From positions 1-42,424 of the forward strand of contig JBDTRF010000002.1 in NCBI GenBank assembly GCA_039931815.1: DNA of 42,424 bases, written 5' to 3'. The notes under the pieces are model-generated. The model searched no databases, had not been told where the DNA came from, and saw only the letters and a list, made by a program, of their open reading frames with translations. Shown one piece after another: positions 13,236 through 23,457 of the stretch. Each line of letters starts with the position of its first letter. Position 1 is the first letter of the stretch. The DNA is from Gemmatimonadota bacterium (GTDB lineage Bacteria > Gemmatimonadota > Gemmatimonadetes > Gemmatimonadales > GWC2-71-9). Position numbers and translations under genes: made by a program.

Positions 13236-14837
13236 CTACAAATTTGAAGCGATTCGCACGGCGTTTGCCATGAGTGTGTAGGTAAGATTTTTCGCCGGCA
13301 GGAACGGGAATGTAGCTCCATCGGCGAGTGTGAGGTTGGCAAAGTCATGACTGCGACAATCGGGCGACACCGTCAACGGCTTCGCCACCGGGGACATCGG
13401 CATCGTGCCAGCGTAATGGATGCTGGCGCCCTGGGGCAGAATCTTGGTCATGCCGGGCGGGATAATCGCACCCAGCTTCCAGAGCGCCTTCCGCATCGAT
13501 CGAAGTGCTCGCCGCACTCGCTCGCCGTCCTCGGCGTCCGGTGTGTAGCGAATGACGAGTTTCGTGCGCCCCGAGTCCCCTTCCGGCTGAATCGTCAGGA
13601 CGTTCTCGGCCCGGCGCCGGTCATGCAACCATACGTTCGCCACGCCAAGCGCGGCATGCGTTGCGCGAAAAATGCCGAGGGCCGAACGCATATCCACCGG
13701 CATGCTCTGGACGATAGGGTGAATCGCCGCGGCCTTGAGCGCCGTGACCTGGCCATGTACGTACTCGTCCGGCCGATTCCCTGTCATTCCGAGGGCAATC
13801 TGGTGAAACTGGTAACTATGCGTCGCGACCGGGCGGCCCAGCATCCTCAAAGTAATGAAAGGAATCATCATCTGGCGGTTGTCCATCAGTCCGCTCAGTT
13901 CCATCACCTGGCCGGTTGAACGATAGACCGATTCGAGCACAATGCGGGAGGTGCAAAGGGTCCCCGCGGCGAGCACATACTCATCGGCCGTGAACGTGAC
14001 CGTCTCACCCCCACCAACTGGAGTCGCTACCACGCCTGTTACCCGTCCCTCCTGCCGGGTAAAGTGCTCGACGTAGACCCCTGGTTGATAGCGGAAGCGG
14101 GGATGGGCCCGCAGCTGCCGCAGGGTCGCGCCGGGCGCGTAGAGCGATTCGCGGGGACAGCCCCACAGGCATCGACCGAGGTAGTCACACGCCTTCCGGT
14201 CGCCCAGGTCCCGACTCAGCACCGCCACTCTCGACCGGCCAAGGAAGAATCCCTGGCGGTTGAGGCTCGCGCGGGTCTTGTCGTAGCGGCGGAGCAGAAG
14301 TCTCGAGTGTTCGTCCGGGTCGAGCGGGGGTTGATATTCGGGCGAGAAGGGCGCGAAGCGAGCGATGTCATCGTTCGCGGCACTAATTCCGATGCGCCGG
14401 GCTACTTCCTGGTAGTGAGGTTCCAGGTCCTGATAGTTGCAGGGAAATTCAGCCAGCTCCGCATCGTTCAGCGAATAGACACCGCCAGTCCACGCTTCGG
14501 CCAGTCCGCCGGCCGCGAACGACGTGACCGGCTCAAACCCATTCGAATGGGTCGAGAATCGCGCAGGGCTGGCAAACACGTAGGACTTGCTGGGGGGAAA
14601 TCCGTAAAACTTTGCCTCCCGACTTGGATAGACCACGGTTTCGCCGTGGGGCCCAAGAAAATAGGAAACCGGATCGTCGAGATTTTCCTTGAGCCCGTTG
14701 AAATCCGCATCGGGAAGAACGGCGGCGGGGCGCTCATGTCCCACATCGAGCATCAGAACATCATGCCCCCTGGCCAGCGACGTCATCGCGAAATGGACCC
14801 CGGTGGCGCCTGATCCAACAATCAGAACTGTACTCAT
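13236..14837 (-). CDS. GMC-family FAD-dependent oxidoreductase
   Basis: Track ORF 13236-14909, trimmed to ATG 14837 (MSTVLIVGSGATGVHFA; GGAG upstream; ATGA overlap with the upstream stop). The C-terminal GMC signature is IHYAGTMPM...NLTLADGATFPFLPAKNLTYTLMANAVRIA. Confidence 0.8.
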   Translation of the reverse strand: MSTVLIVGSGATGVHFAMTSLARGHDVLMLDVGHERPAAVLPDADFNGLKENLDDPVSYFLGPHGETVVYPSREAKFYGFPPSKSYVFASPARFSTHSNGFEPVTSFAAGGLAEAWTGGVYSLNDAELAEFPCNYQDLEPHYQEVARRIGISAANDDIARFAPFSPEYQPPLDPDEHSRLLLRRYDKTRASLNRQGFFLGRSRVAVLSRDLGDRKACDYLGRCLWGCPRESLYAPGATLRQLRAHPRFRYQPGVYVEHFTRQEGRVTGVVATPVGGGETVTFTADEYVLAAGTLCTSRIVLESVYRSTGQVMELSGLMDNRQMMIPFITLRMLGRPVATHSYQFHQIALGMTGNRPDEYVHGQVTALKAAAIHPIVQSMPVDMRSALGIFRATHAALGVANVWLHDRRRAENVLTIQPEGDSGRTKLVIRYTPDAEDGERVRRALRSMRKALWKLGAIIPPGMTKILPQGASIHYAGTMPMSPVAKPLTVSPDCRSHDFANLTLADGATFPFLPAKNLTYTLMANAVRIASNL

Positions 14838-15307
14838 CGAGCTGCTCCGTTTCCATTGCGCAATCGGAGCAGGAGATGCAACGGACCGATGAGAACCAGA
14901 CCCGCGCACAGAGACCCCGCGAATCCCAGCAGGCTCAGGGTGATTCGAGCAGCGGCACCAGGCACGCTCCCAGCGACCATTCCACTCGTCAGGTCCGGAT
15001 AGAATGGGGGGGCGTGCTCAAGGACAGCGAGGAGAAGAGTCAGCTTCTGTCGGAGAATACCGTGGGGCCGGAACACTCGGGCATATGCATCGGCAACCCG
15101 GACGAATCCACCGCCGCGACGCGAAAAAAGTACGAGGGCCGCGTCCAGGGGATCGGTGGCCTGTTCGCGGCGAAATGGGATGGCAAGGTGCCCATCCTGG
15201 TACTTGCGGACGACATAATCGGTCGGGCCGCGCCCAGTGATATAGCGGGTGAATATCAGGCTCTCCCGGTCGAGGCCGGATAGAGCCGGAGAAGCCTCAG
15301 CGGACAC
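14834..15307 (-). CDS. Hypothetical protein with a hydrophobic C-terminus
   Basis: 157-aa ORF with a GTG start that overlaps the upstream gene by 11 nt. Its stop overlaps the GMC oxidoreductase ATG (ATGA). I recognised no family; it is supported only by operon context and coupling. Confidence 0.5.
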   Translation of the reverse strand: MSAEASPALSGLDRESLIFTRYITGRGPTDYVVRKYQDGHLAIPFRREQATDPLDAALVLFSRRGGGFVRVADAYARVFRPHGILRQKLTLLLAVLEHAPPFYPDLTSGMVAGSVPGAAARITLSLLGFAGSLCAGLVLIGPLHLLLRLRNGNGAAR

Positions 15308-16235
15308 TGGCCAGCCGCTGCAGCAGAGTGTCGAGAGGTCGCATCTGCGGCTTTAACTCCGTGGCCAGATCGCTGGGATCGGCCACGCCGTCGTTCAGAA
15401 AAGGGGAGAGCTGGCCGGGGCTGATTGGCAGCTTCGCGCCCAGGAACACACCCGCAATCTTGAGCAGGTGCCGGAGCGGGGAAACAGGAAGACGGGCAAT
15501 GGGTGCCTGACCGTTCCCTCCTCTGCTTGCCGCGCGGATCCTCCGCATGAGCGATTCGAAGGTCAGCACTTCGGGGCCGCCGAGTTCGATCACTTCGCTG
15601 GCAAAACGGAAACGTCGCAGGATGGCAAGAATACCCCGGGCGACATCCTCGACATCCACCGGTTGCACCCGGGTCTGCCCGGAGCCAAAGACCACGATCA
15701 GCGGGGCAGTGGCCAGCGTCCGAAGCTTCTGCCAGATCGGACTTCCGGTGCCCAGCACGATCGTCGGTCGAAGGATGGTGTACTCGAGGCCGCTCTGCCG
15801 CACGGCCGCCTCCGCTGCCACCTTCGACTGCCCGTAGGCATACCCCTCAAGATCGCGATACTTGGCCGCGATGGAACTGACGTAAAGGATATGGCGGACG
15901 CCCTGGCTTTCGCAGGCTTGAAGGAGCATGGCCGTCGCCTCGACATTGATCCGCCTGAGCGCATCATTGGAAGCACTGCCCGTCGCGGCGGCGAGATGCA
16001 CGACGACATCGACCCCGGCGAGGCTCGAGGCGTACGTCTCGGGATGGGCGAGATCGCCCAGTAGATATTTCCACCCAGGATCTGGATCGGAACTCGGTAG
16101 GGAGGGCGGGAGTTGCCGGGTGAGGCAGGTGACGTTGGACCATCCCTCCCGGCGCAAAGCGGCGAGGACGTGGCGACCGATGAACCCAGTGCCGCCAGTG
16201 ATAAATACGGAGCGATTCCGCTCCGTCCCGGGCAC
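15297..16235 (-). CDS. NAD-dependent epimerase/dehydratase (extended SDR)
   Basis: The track ORF extends to 16493, but that would overlap the upstream GT2 gene by about 220 nt. GTG 16235 gives VPGTERNRSVFITGGTGFIGRHV. A YxxxK motif is present in GYAYGQSK. The start is uncertain. Confidence 0.75.
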   Translation of the reverse strand: MPGTERNRSVFITGGTGFIGRHVLAALRREGWSNVTCLTRQLPPSLPSSDPDPGWKYLLGDLAHPETYASSLAGVDVVVHLAAATGSASNDALRRINVEATAMLLQACESQGVRHILYVSSIAAKYRDLEGYAYGQSKVAAEAAVRQSGLEYTILRPTIVLGTGSPIWQKLRTLATAPLIVVFGSGQTRVQPVDVEDVARGILAILRRFRFASEVIELGGPEVLTFESLMRRIRAASRGGNGQAPIARLPVSPLRHLLKIAGVFLGAKLPISPGQLSPFLNDGVADPSDLATELKPQMRPLDTLLQRLASVR

Positions 16236-16273
16236 CGGCGCGTTCTCAGGGTAGGGTGTGCCCGGGTCTCGAG

Positions 16274-17071
16274 TTACGATGCCGCTCGCTTTACGGTCGC
16301 CCGCTGCGCGGCCGGCATGAACATCTGGCGCCAGAGCTTCCAGCGAAGACGAAAAACTCCCTTGATGTCTTCCCACGCCGTCTTGACGATTTTGACTCGA
16401 CTGTCGTCGTCCTCGATCCAGATTACCGGAATGTCCTTGATCCGGTAGCCCTGTTTCTCCGCCAGCACCAGCAGCTCGGTGTCGAAGAACCACGACTGAT
16501 CCTTGATCTGTGGCACCAGGCCGGCAACCGCCTCCTTGCTCACGGCCTTAAAGCCACATTGGGCATCGCTGAACGAGGTAAAGAGGACGCACTTGATGAA
16601 GACATTATAACTACGGGAGATGAAATCACGCTTGAACCCGCGCTGCGTCCGCGATTCGCGCATCAGCCGCGAGCCGGTCGAGAGGTCATAACCGTCCTCG
16701 AGAATCGCCCGCACCATCTTGGGCAGCGCCGCCAGCTCGGTGGAAAGATCGACGTCGGTATAACACATCACGTCAGCATCACTCTGGGTCCAGGCATGAC
16801 GTAATGCCCGGCCACGGCCCCGCTGAGGCAGCTGGACAAATCGCACATTGTCAAATCGGGCGACCAGCTCCTGCGCGACGCGATCGGTTCCATCGGTCGA
16901 GCCATTGTCGACCACCACCACCCGCCACCGCCAGGATGGATGCTCGGCCAGAAACTGGCGGACCGCAGTCACACTCTTCTCGAGCACGTGCGCTTCATTG
17001 AGCACAGGAAACACGAGATCAACCAGGGGCTTCTGCAAGTCAGCCGGTGATGTCTCCGCCATCTGGTTCAT
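16274..17071 (-). CDS. GT2 glycosyltransferase, polyprenyl-phosphate sugar synthase-like (DPM1/GtrB-type catalytic domain)
   Basis: Track ORF 16274-17140 has a GTG start. ATG 17071 with an upstream GAGG is preferred. Motifs: VFPVLNEA, VVVVDNGSTDGT, YTDVDLS and QCGFK. Confidence 0.8.
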   Translation of the reverse strand: MNQMAETSPADLQKPLVDLVFPVLNEAHVLEKSVTAVRQFLAEHPSWRWRVVVVDNGSTDGTDRVAQELVARFDNVRFVQLPQRGRGRALRHAWTQSDADVMCYTDVDLSTELAALPKMVRAILEDGYDLSTGSRLMRESRTQRGFKRDFISRSYNVFIKCVLFTSFSDAQCGFKAVSKEAVAGLVPQIKDQSWFFDTELLVLAEKQGYRIKDIPVIWIEDDDSRVKIVKTAWEDIKGVFRLRWKLWRQMFMPAAQRATVKRAAS

Positions 17072-17259
17072 ATTTGCCTGGCCTCGGTTTCGCCCGCCTG
17101 AGGATGTGCCGCCCAATGAATTGGTGCGTGCGCGCAACACTACACCCGTAAATACTCGATGGACGACCCGTCAAAATCCGGGAGATCCAGCCAACCCATT
17201 GTAGTTAGTGATCTTATGCAGCTGAAGCTGGTGATCAAACGGGCAAGTTTGATACCAAA

Positions 17260-18798
17260 CTAGTTCATGTCGATTGTCCGCCTGCCCCCGGTTTCCGCTC
17301 GATCCCAGGGGCTCCAGGGATCGTCGATCTTCCAGATTACGTAGACCAGAGCGGCCGTCAGTACCAGGACGAACGTCGGCGATACGGTTTTGAGCCAGGG
17401 AGCATACTGCGATGCGGTCTTGCCAATTACCGTGAGCCAGGGAAGCTGGAATCCCTCCAGGAAAACCCGCTGCACGTTCTCAAACACCGTTCCCTGGCTT
17501 CGCACCATGGCGATAGACCAGTTGATAATGAGGGACAGGATTGCCAGGCCCATCGCGATCGCCCTGGGCAGCCGGAGAAACACTGCGGCAGCCGGCAGGA
17601 ACAGGAACGGGAGTATAGGTGCCAGATAGCGAATACCGGTGACCCATTGCAGCCGGGTGTACTGAACAAAGCTGAAAAAGACGATGAAGACGAGTGAAAT
17701 CACCAGGCAGAACCATGCCTCGCGTGCGGGGAGGAAGCTCTTGCCTTTGCGAACGACGAATGGCGCGGCGATCGCGAGCAGCAGCACGGGCGTGGTGACG
17801 AACAGTCCGAACTTGGGATCGACCAGCAGCATGCGAAAGAGGTCGAGGCCAAAACCGCCGACGCCCTGGTACCCGATATCAGCCCATTCGACCGGGGGCA
17901 TCCAGGCCTGCGGGGGACGAATAAAGCTGCCAAAGGCGGCCCACTGATACCACCAGAGGGCCAGGATCCCGGGAAGTGCGCCGAGGCCGTACCATAGTGA
18001 ATCCCGAAGGGCGCCAACCCAGGTTGTCGTGTCCCGGCGGCGAATCAGCGCATACAGTCCAAGGAGCCCCATGGCGAGCGCGCCACTATAGTCATAGAGA
18101 AATGCCAATCCGCCGAGCAGGCCCGCGAGCAGGTAGCGGGTCGGCAGGCTCATCCGACTTCTTTCTTCCGGATTCCAGATGAGGACGAAGGCAAAGAACG
18201 CGAGGAGGCCGAGCCCCAGGTTCTGATTGAGATAGCCGGTGCGGAAAAAGACAGGAGTACCAAAGGCGTAGAGCAGAGAGAGCACCAGGGCAATCCGTCG
18301 AGTGAGTCCCAGGGTCAGCAGGAGACCGAAGACCACCACGACGCTCAGTGCGCTGATCGGCGCCTGGAAAAAGACCTGGGTGATGGCGGCCACCAGGCCG
18401 AATCGCACATCAAGGCCGCGTTCCCGAACCTTTTTGTAAAACTCTACCCGGCGCCAGCGGGCATCCTCGTAGTTGACCGTGGTGTCCGGTTTGGCTTTTC
18501 GCATCGCGAGGTTGCGCTCGACGACCTTGTCGACCACCGGGCGAAGGATGGCGACCGGAAGCGCCGCGAGCATGGACACGCCCGGATTGGCCCCGTGATG
18601 CGCGCCTTGATGCGGTGCGCTGTCGGGATTCCAGAAGAGATCGACGTGGAGGTCGGCGTACGGATCCAGCCGGAACGTCGCATCCTGCGCGATGCTCAGA
18701 ACGAGATAGTGCTCCCGGACGAAGTCGGTCGCGAAATGGACCACGTAAATCATCCAGCACGTGAGAAACAGTCGCCACTTCATCGAGCGAGGTGTCAT
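17260..18798 (-). CDS. Polytopic membrane protein, GT-C-like glycosyltransferase candidate
   Basis: 512-aa ORF with at least 10 hydrophobic helices and an acidic first loop (HFATDFVREH). It lies immediately downstream of a polyprenyl-phosphate GT2. The function is inferred from topology and context only. Confidence 0.55.
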   Translation of the reverse strand: MTPRSMKWRLFLTCWMIYVVHFATDFVREHYLVLSIAQDATFRLDPYADLHVDLFWNPDSAPHQGAHHGANPGVSMLAALPVAILRPVVDKVVERNLAMRKAKPDTTVNYEDARWRRVEFYKKVRERGLDVRFGLVAAITQVFFQAPISALSVVVVFGLLLTLGLTRRIALVLSLLYAFGTPVFFRTGYLNQNLGLGLLAFFAFVLIWNPEERSRMSLPTRYLLAGLLGGLAFLYDYSGALAMGLLGLYALIRRRDTTTWVGALRDSLWYGLGALPGILALWWYQWAAFGSFIRPPQAWMPPVEWADIGYQGVGGFGLDLFRMLLVDPKFGLFVTTPVLLLAIAAPFVVRKGKSFLPAREAWFCLVISLVFIVFFSFVQYTRLQWVTGIRYLAPILPFLFLPAAAVFLRLPRAIAMGLAILSLIINWSIAMVRSQGTVFENVQRVFLEGFQLPWLTVIGKTASQYAPWLKTVSPTFVLVLTAALVYVIWKIDDPWSPWDRAETGGRRTIDMN

Positions 18799-18838
18799 AG
18801 TTCCAGGCGGATGACGTGAAACCTGCCACGCGCGGCGA

Positions 18839-19891
18839 TCACCGCTGCGCCGCCTGCTGACTCAACTTGACCGGCAGACCCGACTGGGTCGACTGATACA
18901 CGGCATTCGCCATTTCCACCGCGCGGAAGCCGGCAAGTCCATCGGCCAGGTTGGTCTTCTCTCCCCGCGTCATTTTCAGGAAGTCGACCAGCTCATCCTC
19001 AAAAGAGACGAGTGCCGTCGAGGTCCAACTCTTGAGTTTCTCCCGGACCATGATTTCCGGATAGAGTTTACGGGTCTTCTTCCGCGGCCCTCCGGGTTTG
19101 TCCTGGGTGACCAGCAGGTTCGACATCGGCGCGTAGTATCCGCGTACCATTCCCTTGTCCCCATAGACCTCGACAAAGAAGCGATACCCCTTCCACTCTG
19201 TCCAGGTGGCCTGGTACACCGCCGCGACACCGCTCGGGCTCTTGAAAATGGCGAGCGCGTTATCCTCGGAACCGGGAACGGACCAGACGCGGTTGGTGGC
19301 AACGCCATACACTTCGCTGACTTCACCCAGGACAAATCGGGCCAGGTCGGTCATGTGAATTCCGACGTCCATCATCGCGCCACCACCGGAGACCGGGGAC
19401 TTGTACTGCCAATCGGCCCGGAAGTTGTGGAGGCCATCGTGTCCGCCAAAAATGCGTACGTGATCGACCGTGCCGATTCGACCGTCGTCTACGGCCTGCT
19501 TGAGAAACTTCATCGACGGGTAGTAGCGATGATTGAACCCGGTGGCGAATGTTTTCTTTGCCGCCCGGGCGGCGTCCAGCATGCGCTGGCAGGCCTCGAC
19601 GGTGTTTGCGAGCGGTTTCTCGCAGAGCACATGCTTGCCCGCGGCGAAGGCCGCCAGGACCGCATCCTCGTGGAACTGGATAGGGGAAGAAACCATGACG
19701 GCATCCACGCCAGCCATGTCGATCGCTGACCGCCAGTCAGCGACCGCCTTGGCGCTGCTGCCCGCCACCGCACGTTCCGCCTGGGCGATCGTGGGATCGG
19801 CCACCACGAGCAACTCAGTGTCCGGGTTGGTTCGAATACTCTGGGCGCGCAGCTGTCCAATCGTTCCCGCACCGATGACTGCAAAACGCAT
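18839..19891 (-). CDS. Gfo/Idh/MocA family oxidoreductase
   Basis: 350-aa ORF. It has an N-terminal Rossmann motif (MRFAVIGAGTIG) and the EKPLA motif. Confidence 0.85.
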   Translation of the reverse strand: MRFAVIGAGTIGQLRAQSIRTNPDTELLVVADPTIAQAERAVAGSSAKAVADWRSAIDMAGVDAVMVSSPIQFHEDAVLAAFAAGKHVLCEKPLANTVEACQRMLDAARAAKKTFATGFNHRYYPSMKFLKQAVDDGRIGTVDHVRIFGGHDGLHNFRADWQYKSPVSGGGAMMDVGIHMTDLARFVLGEVSEVYGVATNRVWSVPGSEDNALAIFKSPSGVAAVYQATWTEWKGYRFFVEVYGDKGMVRGYYAPMSNLLVTQDKPGGPRKKTRKLYPEIMVREKLKSWTSTALVSFEDELVDFLKMTRGEKTNLADGLAGFRAVEMANAVYQSTQSGLPVKLSQQAAQR

Positions 19892-19994
19892 CTGGCTTCT
19901 CTTTCTCTAGGTGGAAGTAGGACGCCTGACCGTCCCGGCCCGCACGCGATTTTCAATGACTATGGCGGGTCACCAGGTCAGGTGGCATGACTGC

Positions 19995-21419
19995 TCAGTC
20001 TTCGACGACGTGGGTCGCAAAGATTTCCCGGTAATTGGCCCATTTCTTTTCGTCGAACTTCCCATCTACCAGGCAATCAACGGCGCTGTAGGCCATGAAC
20101 AAGGCGTGATGGGTGTTGTCATGGGCAAACAATCCCTGGCGCCCGTAGCTCAGGAGCCGGGGGACCTGCTCGACCCAGGCATCGAGACGCCCAAATGGCA
20201 CCTCGTAACCCTTAGTGTAGATCGGGTAGGCCTGGCGAAGCCGTCGGGTATGAACCCGTACCGGCGGCCTGGCCAGTGGCAGCCCGGCTCGGGCCAGATC
20301 CTCGGTCACCACTCGACCCAGCTCGTCATCCGTCATTGTCCACCAGGGATCATTCGGCGAACAGGGCAACTCGGCACAGAGCGTGGTCCGTCCCCGCGGC
20401 TCGGCCAGCGCCGCGTAGTTCTTCGGCTCGGACAGACGGGTAATCCTGATATCCGCGGCGGGAAAATAGTGGGCGTCGTACTCGGTGAACTGGTCGATAT
20501 CGAGCTCGAGGTAGACCAGCAGCATCGAGCGGTACTCGATGTTGTTGCCAGCCTCCAGCACGGTGTCCGGCACGCCGGACGACATGGTCCGGGCCAGAAT
20601 GGTGATCGGAATAGAGGACCAGACGTACTCCGCTTCCGCTGTCCTGGTCTCCCCGTTCCGCTCGGCCTGAATCCGCCAGGGCGAGGATGCGTCGGCGGGC
20701 GGTTCCAGTCGAGTGACTTTCCACCCCAGCCAGAAGTCGGCTCCCAGTTTCGTGGCCGCCTCGGCGTACGCCTCGGTAATCTGACCGAACCCGCGACGAG
20801 GATAGAAAAAACGTCCCGAGCCCGGCGGTTTGAGACCGGGGATGGCGGAGAGAACCTTCTTGATGAGTTTGCCGAACGACCCGGCGGAGACTCGACGCCG
20901 TGCCTGGATCCCGGAGAGGGTTTCCGGATCCCGGCCCCAGATCTTCCAGGCGTAAGGGAAATAGAAATCGCGACAGATGGTCGGCCCCAGATTGGCCATC
21001 AGCACCGAGGCGAAGCTATCGCCCTCATCCCGTTTCCGACCCAGCGCCTTCGATGCCATGTCCACCAACGTTCCCGCGGCAAAGCCCTTGTCGAGCCGGA
21101 GCAGCAGGTCGTGCGGCTTGAGCGGGAAATGCACCAGCTTTCCCCGCAGATGAATTCGGCCATGGCGTGGGCGATCGAGAAGGTCATCCCCGAGCAGGCT
21201 CCGAATGTCGGCCAGCAGATTGGGCTCGCAGGCGGGGTGCAAGCGATGACTTCCATAATCGAGACGTTGTCCCCCCGCCTCAAAGCTGCCAGCGTTTCCA
21301 CCGACAACGGGATTCTGCTCGATGACGGTTACACTCGCGCGGTTCTGCCGCCGCAACTGGTACGCGGCCCCGGCGCCAGCCGGCCCGGCGCCGAGTACCA
21401 CGATTCTTGGTTCAGACAT
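19995..21419 (-). CDS. NAD(P)/FAD-dependent oxidoreductase (amine-oxidase / protoporphyrinogen-oxidase-like fold)
   Basis: Track ORF 19995-21479, trimmed to ATG 21419 (MSEPRIVVLGAGPAGAGAAYQL..VIEQNPVVGGN). The start overlaps the upstream stop (ATGTCTGA). Confidence 0.75.
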   Translation of the reverse strand: MSEPRIVVLGAGPAGAGAAYQLRRQNRASVTVIEQNPVVGGNAGSFEAGGQRLDYGSHRLHPACEPNLLADIRSLLGDDLLDRPRHGRIHLRGKLVHFPLKPHDLLLRLDKGFAAGTLVDMASKALGRKRDEGDSFASVLMANLGPTICRDFYFPYAWKIWGRDPETLSGIQARRRVSAGSFGKLIKKVLSAIPGLKPPGSGRFFYPRRGFGQITEAYAEAATKLGADFWLGWKVTRLEPPADASSPWRIQAERNGETRTAEAEYVWSSIPITILARTMSSGVPDTVLEAGNNIEYRSMLLVYLELDIDQFTEYDAHYFPAADIRITRLSEPKNYAALAEPRGRTTLCAELPCSPNDPWWTMTDDELGRVVTEDLARAGLPLARPPVRVHTRRLRQAYPIYTKGYEVPFGRLDAWVEQVPRLLSYGRQGLFAHDNTHHALFMAYSAVDCLVDGKFDEKKWANYREIFATHVVED

Positions 21420-22386
21420 GAGCCGTCGATGTTCGGGTAGCTTTGGCAACCTCGAGTGTGCCGCGAAGATGAGAACCACGTCGGCGGCTCAGCACGAGCC
21501 AGACCAGCCCTCCGCAGAGACCACCAGCGATCAGGACACTTTGCCAGAGGAGTGAAGTCAGGACACCAAGCGCCAGGGGCACGCCGAAAGGAGCGAGGAG
21601 CGCTGCCAGGCTGGCTTCTCGAACCGCCAGTCCTCCTAGGCTGATCGGCATGAGGCTCGCGACCTTGGCAAGCGGCCACACCAGGAACCAGACGGAGAGC
21701 GGAACATGGACTCCGATATGATAGCCGAGCCAGGCGTTGAGCAGGACGAAGCTGCTTTGAATTCCAACGGACAGCGCGAGACCGGCCATGGCGGTGAGCG
21801 GACGACGAGCCAGGCGCCGAAGCGCCACGAGGCTCCGGGCCACGGGGCGCCGAACCTTCCTCGGCCACCACCTGAGTGGGCGCCGGAGAACGAACGGGAG
21901 GACGACAAAGGAACCGAAGACCGCGAGCACGATGGCCACGGTCAGGACCTGGGATCCCCAGCCAGGCAGCGCGTCCCGGGCCAGAAGACCCCCGACCGCG
22001 ACCAGGATCGCCATGGCGGTAATATCCGTCAGTCGATCGAGCACGCCGCCCCACAGGGCGGCTTCCGGCCGTTTGGTGATCTTACCAACCATCGCCATTC
22101 GGAGGACATCACCGCCCACGATGCTCGGCAGACAGAGGTTGGCAAACAGCCCGGCGGCGTAGCATTGGGCCGCATCGACCCCGGAGAGCGCCGCACGGCC
22201 CGCGTTGACGAAGAGACGCCACTTGATCACGCCGAGGGCGTGGCCCAGCACAAACCCGATCCATACCCCGACCCAGACCATGGGTGGGAGGTGTCGCAGC
22301 GCCTCCCAGACTTTGGCCCAGGGCAGCAGAATGAATATGAGAGCCAGGAGAGTGACACTGACTCCAACCTTGATCCAGACTTTCAC
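21412..22386 (-). CDS. Flippase-like membrane protein (lysylphosphatidylglycerol-synthase TM-region family)
   Basis: 324-aa polytopic ORF. Its GTG start overlaps the upstream stop as GTGA. The sequence is typical of LPG_synthase_TM/UPF0104 proteins found next to GT2 genes. Confidence 0.65.
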   Translation of the reverse strand: MKVWIKVGVSVTLLALIFILLPWAKVWEALRHLPPMVWVGVWIGFVLGHALGVIKWRLFVNAGRAALSGVDAAQCYAAGLFANLCLPSIVGGDVLRMAMVGKITKRPEAALWGGVLDRLTDITAMAILVAVGGLLARDALPGWGSQVLTVAIVLAVFGSFVVLPFVLRRPLRWWPRKVRRPVARSLVALRRLARRPLTAMAGLALSVGIQSSFVLLNAWLGYHIGVHVPLSVWFLVWPLAKVASLMPISLGGLAVREASLAALLAPFGVPLALGVLTSLLWQSVLIAGGLCGGLVWLVLSRRRGSHLRGTLEVAKATRTSTAHV

Positions 22387-23357
22387 CGGTTCATCGCCAT
22401 GCGGGAGTTCTGGTCGGCCAGGAGTCCAACGGCGAACACGATCATGGCACCGAGAAAGAGGAGCACCGCGCTTTCGGAGAGATTATCAACGGTGACATCG
22501 TAGGCAAACTTGGCCAGGCCGGCCACGGTAAGAAATGCCGCGATCGGGATAAAGACCTTGAGCGGGTTGAAAAACACGATGGTCCGGAGAATCAGGAGCG
22601 CAAAATCATAGGCGTGCCGCGGACGGATTTTCGATTCCCCGAGGCGGGCGAGATAGTTGATCGGGATGTATTCCACCGGATGTGAGTTGCAGGCCGCCGC
22701 AAGGGTGATGGTCGTGGTAAAGGAAAACCCCTCTGGCAGGAGATGGACATACTTCTGGATCAGGTCTCGGCGCATGAGGCGGAGCCCTGAGTTGATATCC
22801 GGAAGATGCTGGCCGGCGAGGTAGCTGGCGAGCGCGCGAAGAAATGCCTTGGCCGGTCGTCGGGCCAGGGGAATCCGCACCGTCTGGCCGGTGCGCGCCC
22901 CGACGACCATCGAGTTGAACTCGGAGGCGGCGAGCAGCACCGGGATCGACTCGGTCGGATAGGTTCCGTCGGCATCGGTAATGAGGATCCAGGGATACTT
23001 CGCGGCCCGCACGCCGAGCTTGAGGGCCGAGCCGTATCCGCGATTCTTGCGACGACGCAGGATTCTCGCCCCGGTCGTGGCGGCCTGTTCAGCCGTACCA
23101 TCGGCGCTACCGTCGTCCACCACGATGATCTCGTATTCCCATCCCGACGTCTTCATCACCTTTTCCACCGCCCGGACCTGTTCGGCCACGTGGGCAGCTT
23201 CGTTGTAGGCGGGAATCACAATGGTTACGGCTCGTTCGAGCACACCCGACTGATCTTCGACTATTTCTTCAATCACAATTGACCCTGTTCGCGGAGTGTT
23301 GCATGTCGAGCGTGCATTGGGCTTTTCACCTGTCGCGTTGGATGGCTCGATCAGCAT
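22383..23357 (-). CDS. GT2 polyprenyl-phosphate glycosyltransferase (GtrB/ArnC-like, with two C-terminal TM helices)
   Basis: 324-aa ORF. Motifs: VTIVIPAYNEA, IIVVDDGSADGT, ITDADGTYP, and C-terminal hydrophobic helices. GTG 23276 is a possible alternative start. Confidence 0.8.
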   Translation of the reverse strand: MLIEPSNATGEKPNARSTCNTPRTGSIVIEEIVEDQSGVLERAVTIVIPAYNEAAHVAEQVRAVEKVMKTSGWEYEIIVVDDGSADGTAEQAATTGARILRRRKNRGYGSALKLGVRAAKYPWILITDADGTYPTESIPVLLAASEFNSMVVGARTGQTVRIPLARRPAKAFLRALASYLAGQHLPDINSGLRLMRRDLIQKYVHLLPEGFSFTTTITLAAACNSHPVEYIPINYLARLGESKIRPRHAYDFALLILRTIVFFNPLKVFIPIAAFLTVAGLAKFAYDVTVDNLSESAVLLFLGAMIVFAVGLLADQNSRMAMNR

Positions 23358-23457
23358 GCGACTGGCGCCATACGTCCCTGCTGGACCTCACCCTGCCGAA
23401 TTCGGGACCAATTTCACCGCGCGTTCCGAAACTCGCAAAGTCTTCCCCTGTTTCCTG

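Noticed and set aside
16236-16493. Upstream extension of the epimerase ORF to ATG 16493
   Set aside because: It would overlap the 3' end of the upstream GT2 gene by about 220 nt and add an Arg/Gly-rich leader before the Rossmann motif. The internal GTG 16235 gives a normal N-terminus.
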